Source: Magnetococcales bacterium HHB-1
GTDB lineage: Bacteria; Pseudomonadota; Magnetococcia; Magnetococcales; JBQGBW01
Direction: 5' to 3'
Assembly: GCA_052043475.1 (NCBI GenBank)
Contig: JBQGBW010000009.1
Span: 1,818 to 65,817 of the forward strand
Length of the DNA stretch: 64,000 nucleotides
Part shown: positions 20,576 through 29,379 of the stretch, in pieces
Numbering within the stretch: the first letter of the stretch is position 1
How the letters are laid out: each line of letters begins with the position of its first letter
Notes under the pieces: model-generated
The model's database searches: none
What the model saw: the letters and a program-made list of their open reading frames with translations, nothing else
Told to the model about the DNA's origin: nothing
Position numbers and translations under genes: made by a program

Positions 20576-20977
20576 ATGAAGAAAAAAATTTTGATTGTCG
20601 ATGACTCCTACATGATGCGCGTCATCATCCGTAAAATCATTGAATCCGATGAGGCTTTGGAGGTGGCTGCCGATGCCCAAAATGGCCTGGTCGCCCTGGA
20701 TAAGGCGAAAGCCACTAAACCCGATATTGTTCTGCTCGATATCGAAATGCCTGAAATGGATGGTTTGGAGTGTCTGAAAAAACTTCGCCTGATCAGTCGT
20801 GCAAAAGTGATTATCATCTCCTCCGTGGCTCAAGTGGGCTCTCCTCAAGCGATGGAAGCGCGGCGCCTTGGCGCTGTAGAGGTGATTGCCAAACCCTCCG
20901 GTGCGGTCTCCATGGACTTAGAGCGCAAACAGGGACGCCCTATCTTAGAGGCCATTCATAAAGTTCTTGGTAGTTAG
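20576..20977 (+). CDS. cheY: CheY-like single-domain response regulator
   Basis: Receiver-domain motifs are MKKKILIVDDS, LLDIEMPEMDG, IIISS and AKP. Start moved to ATG 20576, because the ORF-track start at 20507 overlaps the preceding gene. Confidence 0.9.
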   Translation: MKKKILIVDDSYMMRVIIRKIIESDEALEVAADAQNGLVALDKAKATKPDIVLLDIEMPEMDGLECLKKLRLISRAKVIIISSVAQVGSPQAMEARRLGAVEVIAKPSGAVSMDLERKQGRPILEAIHKVLGS

Positions 20978-21050
20978 TCGATCTCTCTAGAGAAACAAAG
21001 GGGAGAACAAGATGGACTCTTCCTGTTAAAAGCCGCAGTGAGGCACCAAG

Positions 21051-24020
21051 ATGGACGATTTTATCGAAACCCTCTGGTCACAGTTTGCCATTGAAACCGA
21101 GGAGCATACCGAAGGGATTGAATCAATTTTGATCGCTTTGGAGGATCATGCCGGGGATAGCGAAACCATCTCCGCACTCTTTCGCGCTTTTCACTCCATC
21201 AAAGGACTCTCCCGGGCCATGGAGATGACCGGTATGGAGAGCGTGGCGCATCGCTCCGAAGACCTTTTAGGTCTCATTCGTAGCGGCGATCTTGAGCTTA
21301 CTCCCCAAATCAGTGCGCTGCTTCTTGATGCCTTGGATGCCTTAAAAGATCTTCGCGATGATGCGGTTGAAGAGCGAAAAAATGGTGCGCCTCCTGAAAC
21401 ACTGCTGAAGCGCTTAGAGCAGGCGCTTTCTGGAGAGGTTTCACCAGAGGTCGAAGCGTCTCCAGAAGAGGTTGCAAAAGAGGACGATTCACAGACGTCG
21501 TCTGAAGCACAGATTGAGGCATCTGCTAAGATCTTTAATGCTGATCCTGAGATGTTAACCTTCTTCGCTGAACTCTGCACAACAGAACTGCCTCTTTTAG
21601 CACAACTGCTCACCCCATCAGATGAGCCCTCTTCTGCCGCCTTAGATGCCCTCTATGCTCTGGAGAATGCCGCAGAGGTGATGGAATTTCAACATCTGCA
21701 TGAGGCGTTTCAGCAGCTTAAAACAAACATGAGCGTGCCACCTTATCCTGTTGAGGATAATATAAAAACGCTCTTTAATGTTCGTGAGATTATCACTGAC
21801 CTGGAAAAAGAGATCCACAACAGTTGTGGTGCATCGACACTCACCAAAGCACTGGCAGAACAACTGTTCGATCAACTCGACCCTCTTTTTCAAACGTTAA
21901 GCAATCAACTCGACCAGTGGCCTCCTCAAGAGACTGAATCACGCACCAAAGAAGCTTTAAACATTGCCGCGTCAGCCGAAGCGCTTTATCACTATTTAAG
22001 CCTTTATCCCGATACCCCGGCTTATCCTTTAATTCTTCTGCTGGCGGATATCTTTCATCGCCCCACAGAAAACCTTCTTGAACCCAGCATCGCTTTCTCC
22101 AACCAACTCAGTCAGATTATAAACTGGTCTCGGCTGAGTTATCAGGCACAAGCTGAAGGGGAGTCTTCTCCTTTTACCGAAGAGGAGGTTGAAGAACTCG
22201 CTTTAGATATCCGTCAACGCCTCACCACCCCAACAGCCACTCAAGAGCAGGATGAGGTCCTTAAAGCATTTGAACTCTCTGAAGAGCTTGAAGAAATTCT
22301 TACCCCGGAGAATGTGCAGGATCTTAAAGGTGCGATGGCTCAGGGGCAGCATCTCTATACGATTATTGCCGACTTAGACAGTGCGCCTGAGGCCAGTGAC
22401 GCTTTTTTTACCTGGGCTACAGAAGAAGCGATGGCCATTACCAGTCGCTCTCTTTTTCATCAGGGACAGAGTCTGTTTGAGTTTCTCATCACCAGCTTTG
22501 AGACTCAGGATGATATTCTGAAAAAACTCAATCAGATTGATGCTTCAGGAGCGCTGTTTAGCGTTCAATCGCTTACGTCACCTTCTTCTGCTTCACCACC
22601 AGCCGATCCTCCCCCCAAAAAGCGTGCTCCAGAAAAAGAGAAGGGTACTTCAAAAAAAGAGCCTCTTCCTGCAAGAAAGAGTGGTCACAGCTATAATATT
22701 ATTCGCGTCACCGGAGAAACCCTTGATACCTTTATGAACCGTATCGGTGAAATGGTTCTGGTGCGCAGCCAACTCTCCCATGTGATCCATGATGAGAAGG
22801 TGCGCCAATCGCTCATCGCCTTAAAAAAACTCTCTGAAGATCTACGTCAAGATGGCAACACGGAAGCGATTGCAGACCAGATTATGCAGCACCAGGAGTT
22901 GCTTATGGAGCAGCGCCAAACCTTGATTCAATCGGAACATCAGATTCAAGGAGCGCTTCTGCAACTCCAGGAAAATGTGATGGCTTTGCGGGTCGTTCCT
23001 ATTGAAACCGTGTTCAAACGCTTTCCGCGTGTGGTTCGTGATCTGGCGAGAAAAACAGGAAAAGAGGTTAAGCTGGTGCTCTCAGGTCAGGAGGTGCGTA
23101 TCGATAAAAGCATGGTCGATGCCCTGGTCGATCCTCTGATGCATATGGTGCGCAATAGCTTGGATCATGGTTTAGAGCCTCCGGAGGAGCGTGAACAGGC
23201 GGATAAAACCACGCCTGCAAAACTAGAGTTGAGTGCGGTTCAGAGGGGGAATCGTGTGTTTATCACGGTGCAGGATGATGGCCGGGGCTTGGATGCTGAA
23301 AAAATCCGTCAAAAGGCGGTTGAGCGCGGTATATTCACGCCAGAAGAGAGTCTTTCCCTTCCTCCTGAAGCCATTTTTCAAACCATTTTTCATCCAGGAT
23401 TCTCCACCGCTGAGAAGGTGACAGAGACCTCTGGCCGTGGTGTGGGGATGGATGTGGTGCAGACACTGGTCTCTCGCTTAGGAGGCGAGGTGGATGTGCG
23501 TTCAGAGTTGGGCCAGGGCACCAATGTCACGCTTAAACTCCCTCTCTCCGCTGCGATCCAGAATGTTCTTTTAGTGGAGAGTGCTCGTCATACCCTGGCG
23601 ATTCCTGACCGTTTTGTCTCAGAGATTCTAGAGATCCCCAGGAGAAAAACCCAATCGATCAAAGGGCGACAGGCGATCCCTTTACGGCAACATTTTCTTC
23701 CCATTCATCCGCTATCCCACCTTTTAAGTAATACCCCTGAAAAAGAGCCTTATACGGAGAATCTTCATGTGGTTGTTCTTACCAATGGTAAAAACCGCAT
23801 TGGGATCACGGTGACGCGCCTCTACAATCGAGAGGAGCTCTTTGTCAAAGATATCCACCCCCAACTGGCCGCACTTCCTGGCATTGGTGGCGCTTCCATT
23901 CTTGGCAATGGCCGTGTCGTTCTGATTCTTGATGTTGAGGAGTTGTTTCTTCTTGCTGAACGGAAAAACCGAAATGCTTTCGGTAAGCCGCCCACCTCTT
24001 CAGAGCGGAGCGCTGCATGA
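21051..24020 (+). CDS. cheA: chemotaxis histidine kinase CheA (989 aa, long P1-P3 linker)
   Basis: Hpt/P1 is FRAFHSIKG (His48). The dimerisation region starts near Tyr548 (YNIIRVTGETLDTF). The N box is HMVRNSLDHG, G1 is DDGRGLD and G2 is GRGVGMDVV. A C-terminal CheW-like P5 is present. Confidence 0.95.
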   Translation: MDDFIETLWSQFAIETEEHTEGIESILIALEDHAGDSETISALFRAFHSIKGLSRAMEMTGMESVAHRSEDLLGLIRSGDLELTPQISALLLDALDALKDLRDDAVEERKNGAPPETLLKRLEQALSGEVSPEVEASPEEVAKEDDSQTSSEAQIEASAKIFNADPEMLTFFAELCTTELPLLAQLLTPSDEPSSAALDALYALENAAEVMEFQHLHEAFQQLKTNMSVPPYPVEDNIKTLFNVREIITDLEKEIHNSCGASTLTKALAEQLFDQLDPLFQTLSNQLDQWPPQETESRTKEALNIAASAEALYHYLSLYPDTPAYPLILLLADIFHRPTENLLEPSIAFSNQLSQIINWSRLSYQAQAEGESSPFTEEEVEELALDIRQRLTTPTATQEQDEVLKAFELSEELEEILTPENVQDLKGAMAQGQHLYTIIADLDSAPEASDAFFTWATEEAMAITSRSLFHQGQSLFEFLITSFETQDDILKKLNQIDASGALFSVQSLTSPSSASPPADPPPKKRAPEKEKGTSKKEPLPARKSGHSYNIIRVTGETLDTFMNRIGEMVLVRSQLSHVIHDEKVRQSLIALKKLSEDLRQDGNTEAIADQIMQHQELLMEQRQTLIQSEHQIQGALLQLQENVMALRVVPIETVFKRFPRVVRDLARKTGKEVKLVLSGQEVRIDKSMVDALVDPLMHMVRNSLDHGLEPPEEREQADKTTPAKLELSAVQRGNRVFITVQDDGRGLDAEKIRQKAVERGIFTPEESLSLPPEAIFQTIFHPGFSTAEKVTETSGRGVGMDVVQTLVSRLGGEVDVRSELGQGTNVTLKLPLSAAIQNVLLVESARHTLAIPDRFVSEILEIPRRKTQSIKGRQAIPLRQHFLPIHPLSHLLSNTPEKEPYTENLHVVVLTNGKNRIGITVTRLYNREELFVKDIHPQLAALPGIGGASILGNGRVVLILDVEELFLLAERKNRNAFGKPPTSSERSAA

Positions 24021-24454
24021 GTACAGGCTATCTTCTCATTATTGCCGGTCCCTTCCGCTTTCTTCTTGATGCGCAAACCATTTTAGAGATTCTTCCTGCA
24101 TCCAACTTAGAAGAGGTTGAGAAGGAGGCCAACTTAGGACGCTTTATTATCTGGAGAGATACCCCCATCCAACTCATTGACAGTCGAAAACTTCTCAATA
24201 TCAATAGCCCACCTGAGAAAAACTATAGTGATATTATCTGTCGCTATGATCACGAACAGCTTCCCATTGCTTTTCGTATCGATAAAGCGCTACGCTTGAC
24301 CCAACTTCAAGATAAAGATTTTCACCCCCTACCGCCGCTCCCTGCACCGCTTCCAGAAATCTTTGATAAAACCTACGTCAACGCCCAAGGCGTGTTAAGT
24401 TTACGTTTTCGCATTCCACTCCCCATGGATCGGATTTTGGAGAATAATAGATGA
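24017..24454 (+). CDS. divergent CheW-like coupling protein
   Basis: 145 aa, with ATGA start/stop overlaps to both cheA and cheB. The weak CheW-like pattern reads LLIIAGPFRFLLDAQTILEILP...LGRFIIWRDTPIQLID. Confidence 0.6.
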   Translation: MSTGYLLIIAGPFRFLLDAQTILEILPASNLEEVEKEANLGRFIIWRDTPIQLIDSRKLLNINSPPEKNYSDIICRYDHEQLPIAFRIDKALRLTQLQDKDFHPLPPLPAPLPEIFDKTYVNAQGVLSLRFRIPLPMDRILENNR

Positions 24455-25551
24455 TTAAGCTGTTGATGGTCGATGATTCAGGATTTATGCGCATCGCCAT
24501 ACGCAAAATGGTTGAGGATGCCCCCGATATTAAGGTGGTAGGCGAAGCCAAGGATGGCGCTTCTGCCATTCATCTTGCGAGAGAGACCAAGCCCGATGTC
24601 ATCACCATGGATATCGAGATGCCCGGCATTGATGGTTTAGAAGCGACCCAGCGCATTCTTGAAAATCGTCCTGTGCCGATTATCATGCTCTCCAGCCTCA
24701 CCAAAGCCCATGCCCCCGCCACCATCAAAGCGCTCTCTATAGGGGCGGTGGACTACATCTCCAAAGCCTCCTCTTTTGTTCAGCTCGATATTGTTAAAAT
24801 ACAGAAAGAGCTGCTCGATAAAGTGCGTTACTGGGCGCGGCGTGGTCTGCTTCAATATGCAAAAGCAAATTTACCAAAAAATAGTGGTATTTCCTCAAGA
24901 AAAACAACGCTTCCCCCCCTGAAAACTTCACCGACCGCTCTGCCTCCCAAACGACGCGGTTCACGTCCCCAGGAAAAGATTGATCTTGCTCTGGTGGGAA
25001 TATCCACAGGCGGCCCGCGCATGTTACCTGAAATGCTCAAAGCGATGGGTAAGTTGAATATTCCCCTTGTGGTTGCCCAACATATGCCAGAAGCCTTTAC
25101 AGGGGGATTTGCCGATCATCTGCGTGTGAGTACAGGGCTTGATGTGCTCGAAGGAAAACAGAGTATGACTCTGAAAAATGGGCAGGTTGTGATTCTTCCT
25201 GGCGGAACCGATGCCCAGATAAAACGAAGTTCTTTAGGGACATTTACCTTAAAGGTGGTTGATCTACCACAATACACCTTCCATCCATCGGTGGATGCGC
25301 TCTTGGAGTCGGCCTGTCAGTGTGTAAAGCATAGTGCGGTGGCGGTGATTATGACCGGTATGGGAGAGGATGGTCTTAAAGGGGCGCGGCTTTTTGATGA
25401 AAAAGCGTGGCCTATTCTTGCGCAAGCGCCTGAAACCTGTGTTGTCGATGGTATGCCGGGGGCTGTATTGCGTGAAAATCTGGCGTGGGATCAACTCCCT
25501 CCCAGCAGTTTAGGGCGTCGTCTTGCACTCTGGATAAATATGCAGAAATAG
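24451..25551 (+). CDS. cheB: chemotaxis response regulator protein-glutamate methylesterase CheB
   Basis: The N-terminal receiver is KLLMVDDSGFMR...DIEMPGIDG. The methylesterase catalytic motifs are GISTGGP, HMPEAFT and GMGEDG. Confidence 0.93.
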   Translation: MIKLLMVDDSGFMRIAIRKMVEDAPDIKVVGEAKDGASAIHLARETKPDVITMDIEMPGIDGLEATQRILENRPVPIIMLSSLTKAHAPATIKALSIGAVDYISKASSFVQLDIVKIQKELLDKVRYWARRGLLQYAKANLPKNSGISSRKTTLPPLKTSPTALPPKRRGSRPQEKIDLALVGISTGGPRMLPEMLKAMGKLNIPLVVAQHMPEAFTGGFADHLRVSTGLDVLEGKQSMTLKNGQVVILPGGTDAQIKRSSLGTFTLKVVDLPQYTFHPSVDALLESACQCVKHSAVAVIMTGMGEDGLKGARLFDEKAWPILAQAPETCVVDGMPGAVLRENLAWDQLPPSSLGRRLALWINMQK

Positions 25552-25617
25552 TGCTGTCATGGATAATACTTTTAAATAGTATAATTACTGCGTCATAAAG
25601 CAAAAATACAATGGATA

Positions 25618-26637
25618 ATGCGAGCGTCAACTCACAGCGGGTTCTCTGGGAGAAAAAACGTTTTGAGAAAACAGGAAAAAAGAACATGTTGGCATTGCCT
25701 GGTTGCTGATACCCTGAAAACGCTTTTGCAGCCAGTCGGCGTTGAGGTGCGCCCAGAGGTAAAGGTTATCGAATCTCCCAGGGCTGATATCCTGCTTATT
25801 CGTCGCAGAGGAAAACGGTGGACCGATGAACAGCGTTTGCTGTTAGCTGATGGCCTGCGAGATCTTGAAGCCAACCATATACTCGCAGAATTAAAGGTAA
25901 CTGAAAGCCTGAATGAAAGCGCGTTGCGGCAAACGCTGGCCTATGATCACTTTTTCCTGATCGGTGAAGAACTCCCCAGAAAGCAATTGCAGAGCGTGTT
26001 GATCAGTGCCAAGACGCCGCGGGGTGATATCCTGGAGCAGTTCGGCTTTGAACCTTTGGGGCCAGCGGGAGTCTATGCTTGCAAAAATTCTCCCTGGTGT
26101 GGGTCACTTCGTGTTATCCTGTTGAACAAGCTATCGAATGAACCACACAATGCGCCACTCAAAATGTTCGCAAGTCAGCGGGCAGAGCGAAAAAAAGCCT
26201 TTGAGACTATCAAGCGCTCGGGGTTAATGGAACGGTCAATAAAATTTGGACGTATTGTTGCTGGTCTATGGAGATTGTTGATGAAAGGATCTATGGAGAA
26301 TATTGAAGCTGACGGGATTACGACAGGTCATATTGCCGAGCTGGGCAAAGAGTGGTTTGAGGCGATGGTGGAATCGTCACCAGATGATGAACTGTTCTCA
26401 TTGCCAAGGCTTGAAAAACGTCTAAAACAGAGCGCCGCTAAAGGTAAAGCAGAAGGTAAAGCAGAAGGTAAAGCAGAAGGTCAAGCTGAACTTCTCCAAC
26501 GCCTTCTCCAGAAAAAATTCGGCAACGTCCCTGCTTGGGCTAATGAGAAGCTCAAAACAGCAGATTCTCAAAGTCTGGAGATTTTGGGGGACCGAATCCT
26601 GGACGCTTCTTCAATTGATGAAGTTTTCAAGCAATAG
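25618..26637 (+). CDS. PD-(D/E)XK nuclease-like (Rpn/YhgA-like putative transposase family) protein with C-terminal DUF4351-like module
   Basis: D...E.K pattern (PRADILLIRR ... HILAELK). The C-terminus has xEGx tandem repeats (KAEG x3), then LLQRLLQKKFGNVPAWANEKL...LEILGDRILDASSIDEVF, typical of DUF4351 tails. The assignment comes from motif recall only. Confidence 0.55.
   Translation: MRASTHSGFSGRKNVLRKQEKRTCWHCLVADTLKTLLQPVGVEVRPEVKVIESPRADILLIRRRGKRWTDEQRLLLADGLRDLEANHILAELKVTESLNESALRQTLAYDHFFLIGEELPRKQLQSVLISAKTPRGDILEQFGFEPLGPAGVYACKNSPWCGSLRVILLNKLSNEPHNAPLKMFASQRAERKKAFETIKRSGLMERSIKFGRIVAGLWRLLMKGSMENIEADGITTGHIAELGKEWFEAMVESSPDDELFSLPRLEKRLKQSAAKGKAEGKAEGKAEGQAELLQRLLQKKFGNVPAWANEKLKTADSQSLEILGDRILDASSIDEVFKQ
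26443..26490 (+). repeat. in-frame 12-nt tandem repeat (GGTAAAGCAGAA x3 + 1 degenerate), encodes GKAE
   Basis: Read directly from the sequence; it encodes the KAEGKAEGKAEG stretch in copy 1. Confidence 0.9.
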
Positions 26638-26684
26638 AGAAAAAAATTTGCGTACCGGTAAGCAGAACTGCAAATGCAAAAAAT

Positions 26685-27448
26685 GTGACTGCCACTCACA
26701 GCGGGTTCTCTGGGAGAAAAAACGTTTTGAGAAAACAGGAAAAAAGAACATGTTGGCATTGCCTGGTTGCTGATACCCTGAAAACGCTTTTGCAGCCAGT
26801 CGGCATTGAGGTGCGCCCAGAGGTAAAGGTTATCGAATCTCCCAGGGTTGATATCCTGCTTATTCGTCGTAGAGGAAAACGGTGGACCGATGAACAGCGT
26901 TTGCTGTTAGCTGATGGCCTGCGAGATCTCGAAGTTGATCATATACTCGCAGAATTAAAGGTAACTGAAAGCCTGAATGAAAGCGCGTTACGACAAACGC
27001 TGGCCTACGATCACTGGAACGGTCAATAAAATTTGGACGTATTGTTGCTGGTCTATGGAGATTGTTGATGAAAGGATCTATGGAGAATATTGAAGCTGAT
27101 GGAATTACGACAGGTTATATTGCCGAACTGGGCAAAGAGTGGTTTGAGGCGATGGTGGAATCGTCACCAGATGATGAACTGTTCTCATTGCCAAGGCTTG
27201 AAAAACGTCTAAAACAGAGCGCAGCTAAAGGCAAAGCAGAAGGTAAAGCAGAAGGCAAAGCAGAAGGCAAAGCAGAAGGCAAAGCAGAAGGTCAAGCTGA
27301 ACTTCTCCAACGCCTTCTCCAGAAAAAATTCGGCAACGTCCCTGCTTGGGCTAATGAGAAGCTCAAAACAGCAGATTCTCAAAGTCTGGAGATTTTGGGG
27401 GACCGAATCCTGGACGCTTCTTCAATTGATGAAGTTTTCAAGCAATAG
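26685..27448 (+). pseudogene. disrupted second copy of the Rpn-like gene
   Basis: Relative to copy 1, nt 25951-26227 (277 bp, not a multiple of 3) are missing. The N-terminal ORF (26685-27029) therefore frameshifts into TAA. The C-terminal module survives as a separate ORF (TTG 27062 / ATG 27068 to 27448). Confidence 0.78.
27230..27301 (+). repeat. in-frame 12-nt tandem repeat (GG[C/T]AAAGCAGAA x5 + 1 degenerate)
   Basis: Read directly from the sequence. There are five KAEG units in copy 2 versus three in copy 1. Confidence 0.9.
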
Positions 27449-27552
27449 AGATTTTTTTTCTTGCGTACCGTGTTCCTTCCGAGAATATCATTAGCTCATT
27501 GATGAGCTTATTGCGTAGTTAATAAAAAAATCTAGAAAGTTTTGAACTCTTT

Positions 27553-28290
27553 TTAATGAAGAATCTGGCTGAGAAACTGCTTTGTGCGATCTGATTTTGG
27601 TTTACTAAAAAAAAGTTCCGGTCTGTTCTCTTCGATGATACATCCCTCATCCATAAAGAGAATGCGGTCCGCCACTGTGCGGGCAAATCCCATCTCATGG
27701 GTGACACAGATCATGGTCATCCCTTCATTGGCGAGTTCCGCCATCACATCCAGGACCTCTTTGATCATCTCAGGATCAAGGGCGGAGGTGGGCTCATCGA
27801 AGAGCATGATCTCTGGTTTCATGCAGAGACTGCGGGCAATGGCGACCCTCTGCTGTTGGCCTCCGGAGAGTTGACTGGGATAGCGTGAAGCCTGTTCAGG
27901 GATTTTTACTCGCGTAAGATAGTGTCTTGCGGTCGCTTCGCTCTCTTTTTGAGATAAACCTAAAACGGTCATCGGCGCGATGGTGCAGTTTTCAAGCACT
28001 GTGAGGTGTGGAAAGAGATTAAACTTCTGGAAAACCATGCCCACATTGCGACGCACCGACTCAATATCTTTGAGGTTATGGGTTAAGGTTTGATCGTTAA
28101 TCTTGATGGTGCCGGATTGATGGGGCTCTAAATGGTTTAAACATCTTATCAGGGTTGATTTCCCTGAGCCAGAGGGACCACAGATCACGATGCGCTCGCT
28201 CTGTTTAACTGTGAGATCAATGCCTTTGAGCGCATGGAAGTTATCGAACCATTTATGCACATTGATCATTTCGATGACTGTTTTATTCAT
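27553..28290 (-). CDS. aapP: general L-amino-acid ABC transporter ATP-binding protein
   Basis: Walker A is GPSGSGKST, the ABC signature is [13 protein letters not shown] and Walker B is [12 protein letters not shown]. It is the last gene of the co-oriented aapJQMP-like set. Confidence 0.88.
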   Translation of the reverse strand: MNKTVIEMINVHKWFDNFHALKGIDLTVKQSERIVICGPSGSGKSTLIRCLNHLEPHQSGTIKINDQTLTHNLKDIESVRRNVGMVFQKFNLFPHLTVLENCTIAPMTVLGLSQKESEATARHYLTRVKIPEQASRYPSQLSGGQQQRVAIARSLCMKPEIMLFDEPTSALDPEMIKEVLDVMAELANEGMTMICVTHEMGFARTVADRILFMDEGCIIEENRPELFFSKPKSDRTKQFLSQILH

Positions 28291-28311
28291 GTTTCTTTAG
28301 ATCTATTGGTT

Positions 28312-29376
28312 TTAAGGTCGATCCGTCTGTAGAGTGCGTTCAATATGCTGGCTGTAGCGAGAGATGCTAAAGCAGAGCAGCCAAAAGATAAAAGCGATAA
28401 AAACATACCCTTCTGTGGCATAACCCAGCCAATCTGGATCACTGAGTACCGCCTGCACAATCCCTAAGAGATCCAACAGTCCGATCACCACCACCAGGGT
28501 GGTATCTTTAATCAGACCGATGAAAGTATTTACAATGCCAGGGATGGAGACTTTTAGCGCTTGAGGAAGGATAATCCAGAGCATCCTCTGCCAGTAGTTC
28601 ATGCCTAAAGCGGTGGCGGCCTCATACTGTCCTTTAGGAACGGCGCGCAATCCGCCACGGATCACTTCCGCCATATAGGCGCTCTGAAAAAGGGTGATGC
28701 CGATTAAGGCGCGGACCATTTTATCAAAATCAATTCCTTCAGGCATAAAGAGGGGAAACATCACGGAGGCCATAAAGAGGATGGTAATCAGAGGAACGCC
28801 TCTTATGAGCTCAATAAAAGCGGTGCTGGCGGCTTTAAAGAGCGGTTGCTTTGATAACCGTCCTAAAGCGAGAAGTATACCTAAGGGAAAAGAGAGAATC
28901 ATACCGATGGCCGCCATAATCAGGGTGAGCATCAGACCGCCCCAGCGCGGTGTTTCAATCTCTAAAAGTCCAAACCATCCGCCATGGAGTAGGATAACGT
29001 TAATTCCAGGATAGATGATTAACAATCCTATCAGAGCCCATTTTTTATAGGGGAATTTATCAATAAACAGCGGTATGGATAGGAGAGTAAAGAGCAGTAG
29101 AGCAAGATTGGGGCGCCAGTATTCACTCTGAGGATAGAGTCCATAGATAAACTGATTAAGGCGCGCACGAATAAAAACCCAGCAAGCCCCTTCACCTGTA
29201 CAGGCGTGACGATCTGAGCCTGACCAGTTGGCATCTAGGATTAACCAGGAGAGCAGGGGAGGGAGGGTGATGTAGAGAAAATAGCTGGAGAGTAGTGTCA
29301 GAAAGATGTTGAAAGGGGAGGAAAATAGATTAATCCGAAGCCAACGAAGCGGTTTAATTAATGGATAAGTGGTCAT
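28312..29376 (-). CDS. aapM: amino-acid ABC transporter permease
   Basis: Polytopic membrane protein with the EAA-type loop (SAYMAEVIRGGLRAVPKGQYEAATALGM). Confidence 0.85.
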   Translation of the reverse strand: MTTYPLIKPLRWLRINLFSSPFNIFLTLLSSYFLYITLPPLLSWLILDANWSGSDRHACTGEGACWVFIRARLNQFIYGLYPQSEYWRPNLALLLFTLLSIPLFIDKFPYKKWALIGLLIIYPGINVILLHGGWFGLLEIETPRWGGLMLTLIMAAIGMILSFPLGILLALGRLSKQPLFKAASTAFIELIRGVPLITILFMASVMFPLFMPEGIDFDKMVRALIGITLFQSAYMAEVIRGGLRAVPKGQYEAATALGMNYWQRMLWIILPQALKVSIPGIVNTFIGLIKDTTLVVVIGLLDLLGIVQAVLSDPDWLGYATEGYVFIAFIFWLLCFSISRYSQHIERTLQTDRP

Positions 29377-29379
29377 GAT

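Larger units (their letters stand above)
25627..27451 (+). repeat. tandem direct duplication of the Rpn-like gene (unit ~1065 bp)
   Basis: 25627-26640 and 26692-27451 are near-identical at the DNA level. The second copy differs by a 277-bp internal deletion and a different KAEG repeat number. Confidence 0.9.

Noticed and set aside
26443-27301. Short tandem repeats considered as a possible CRISPR array or minisatellite (also 43621-43737)
   Set aside because: The repeats are 12 nt and 33 nt, directly adjacent without spacers, in frame, and inside ORFs. They are coding tandem repeats, not CRISPR.
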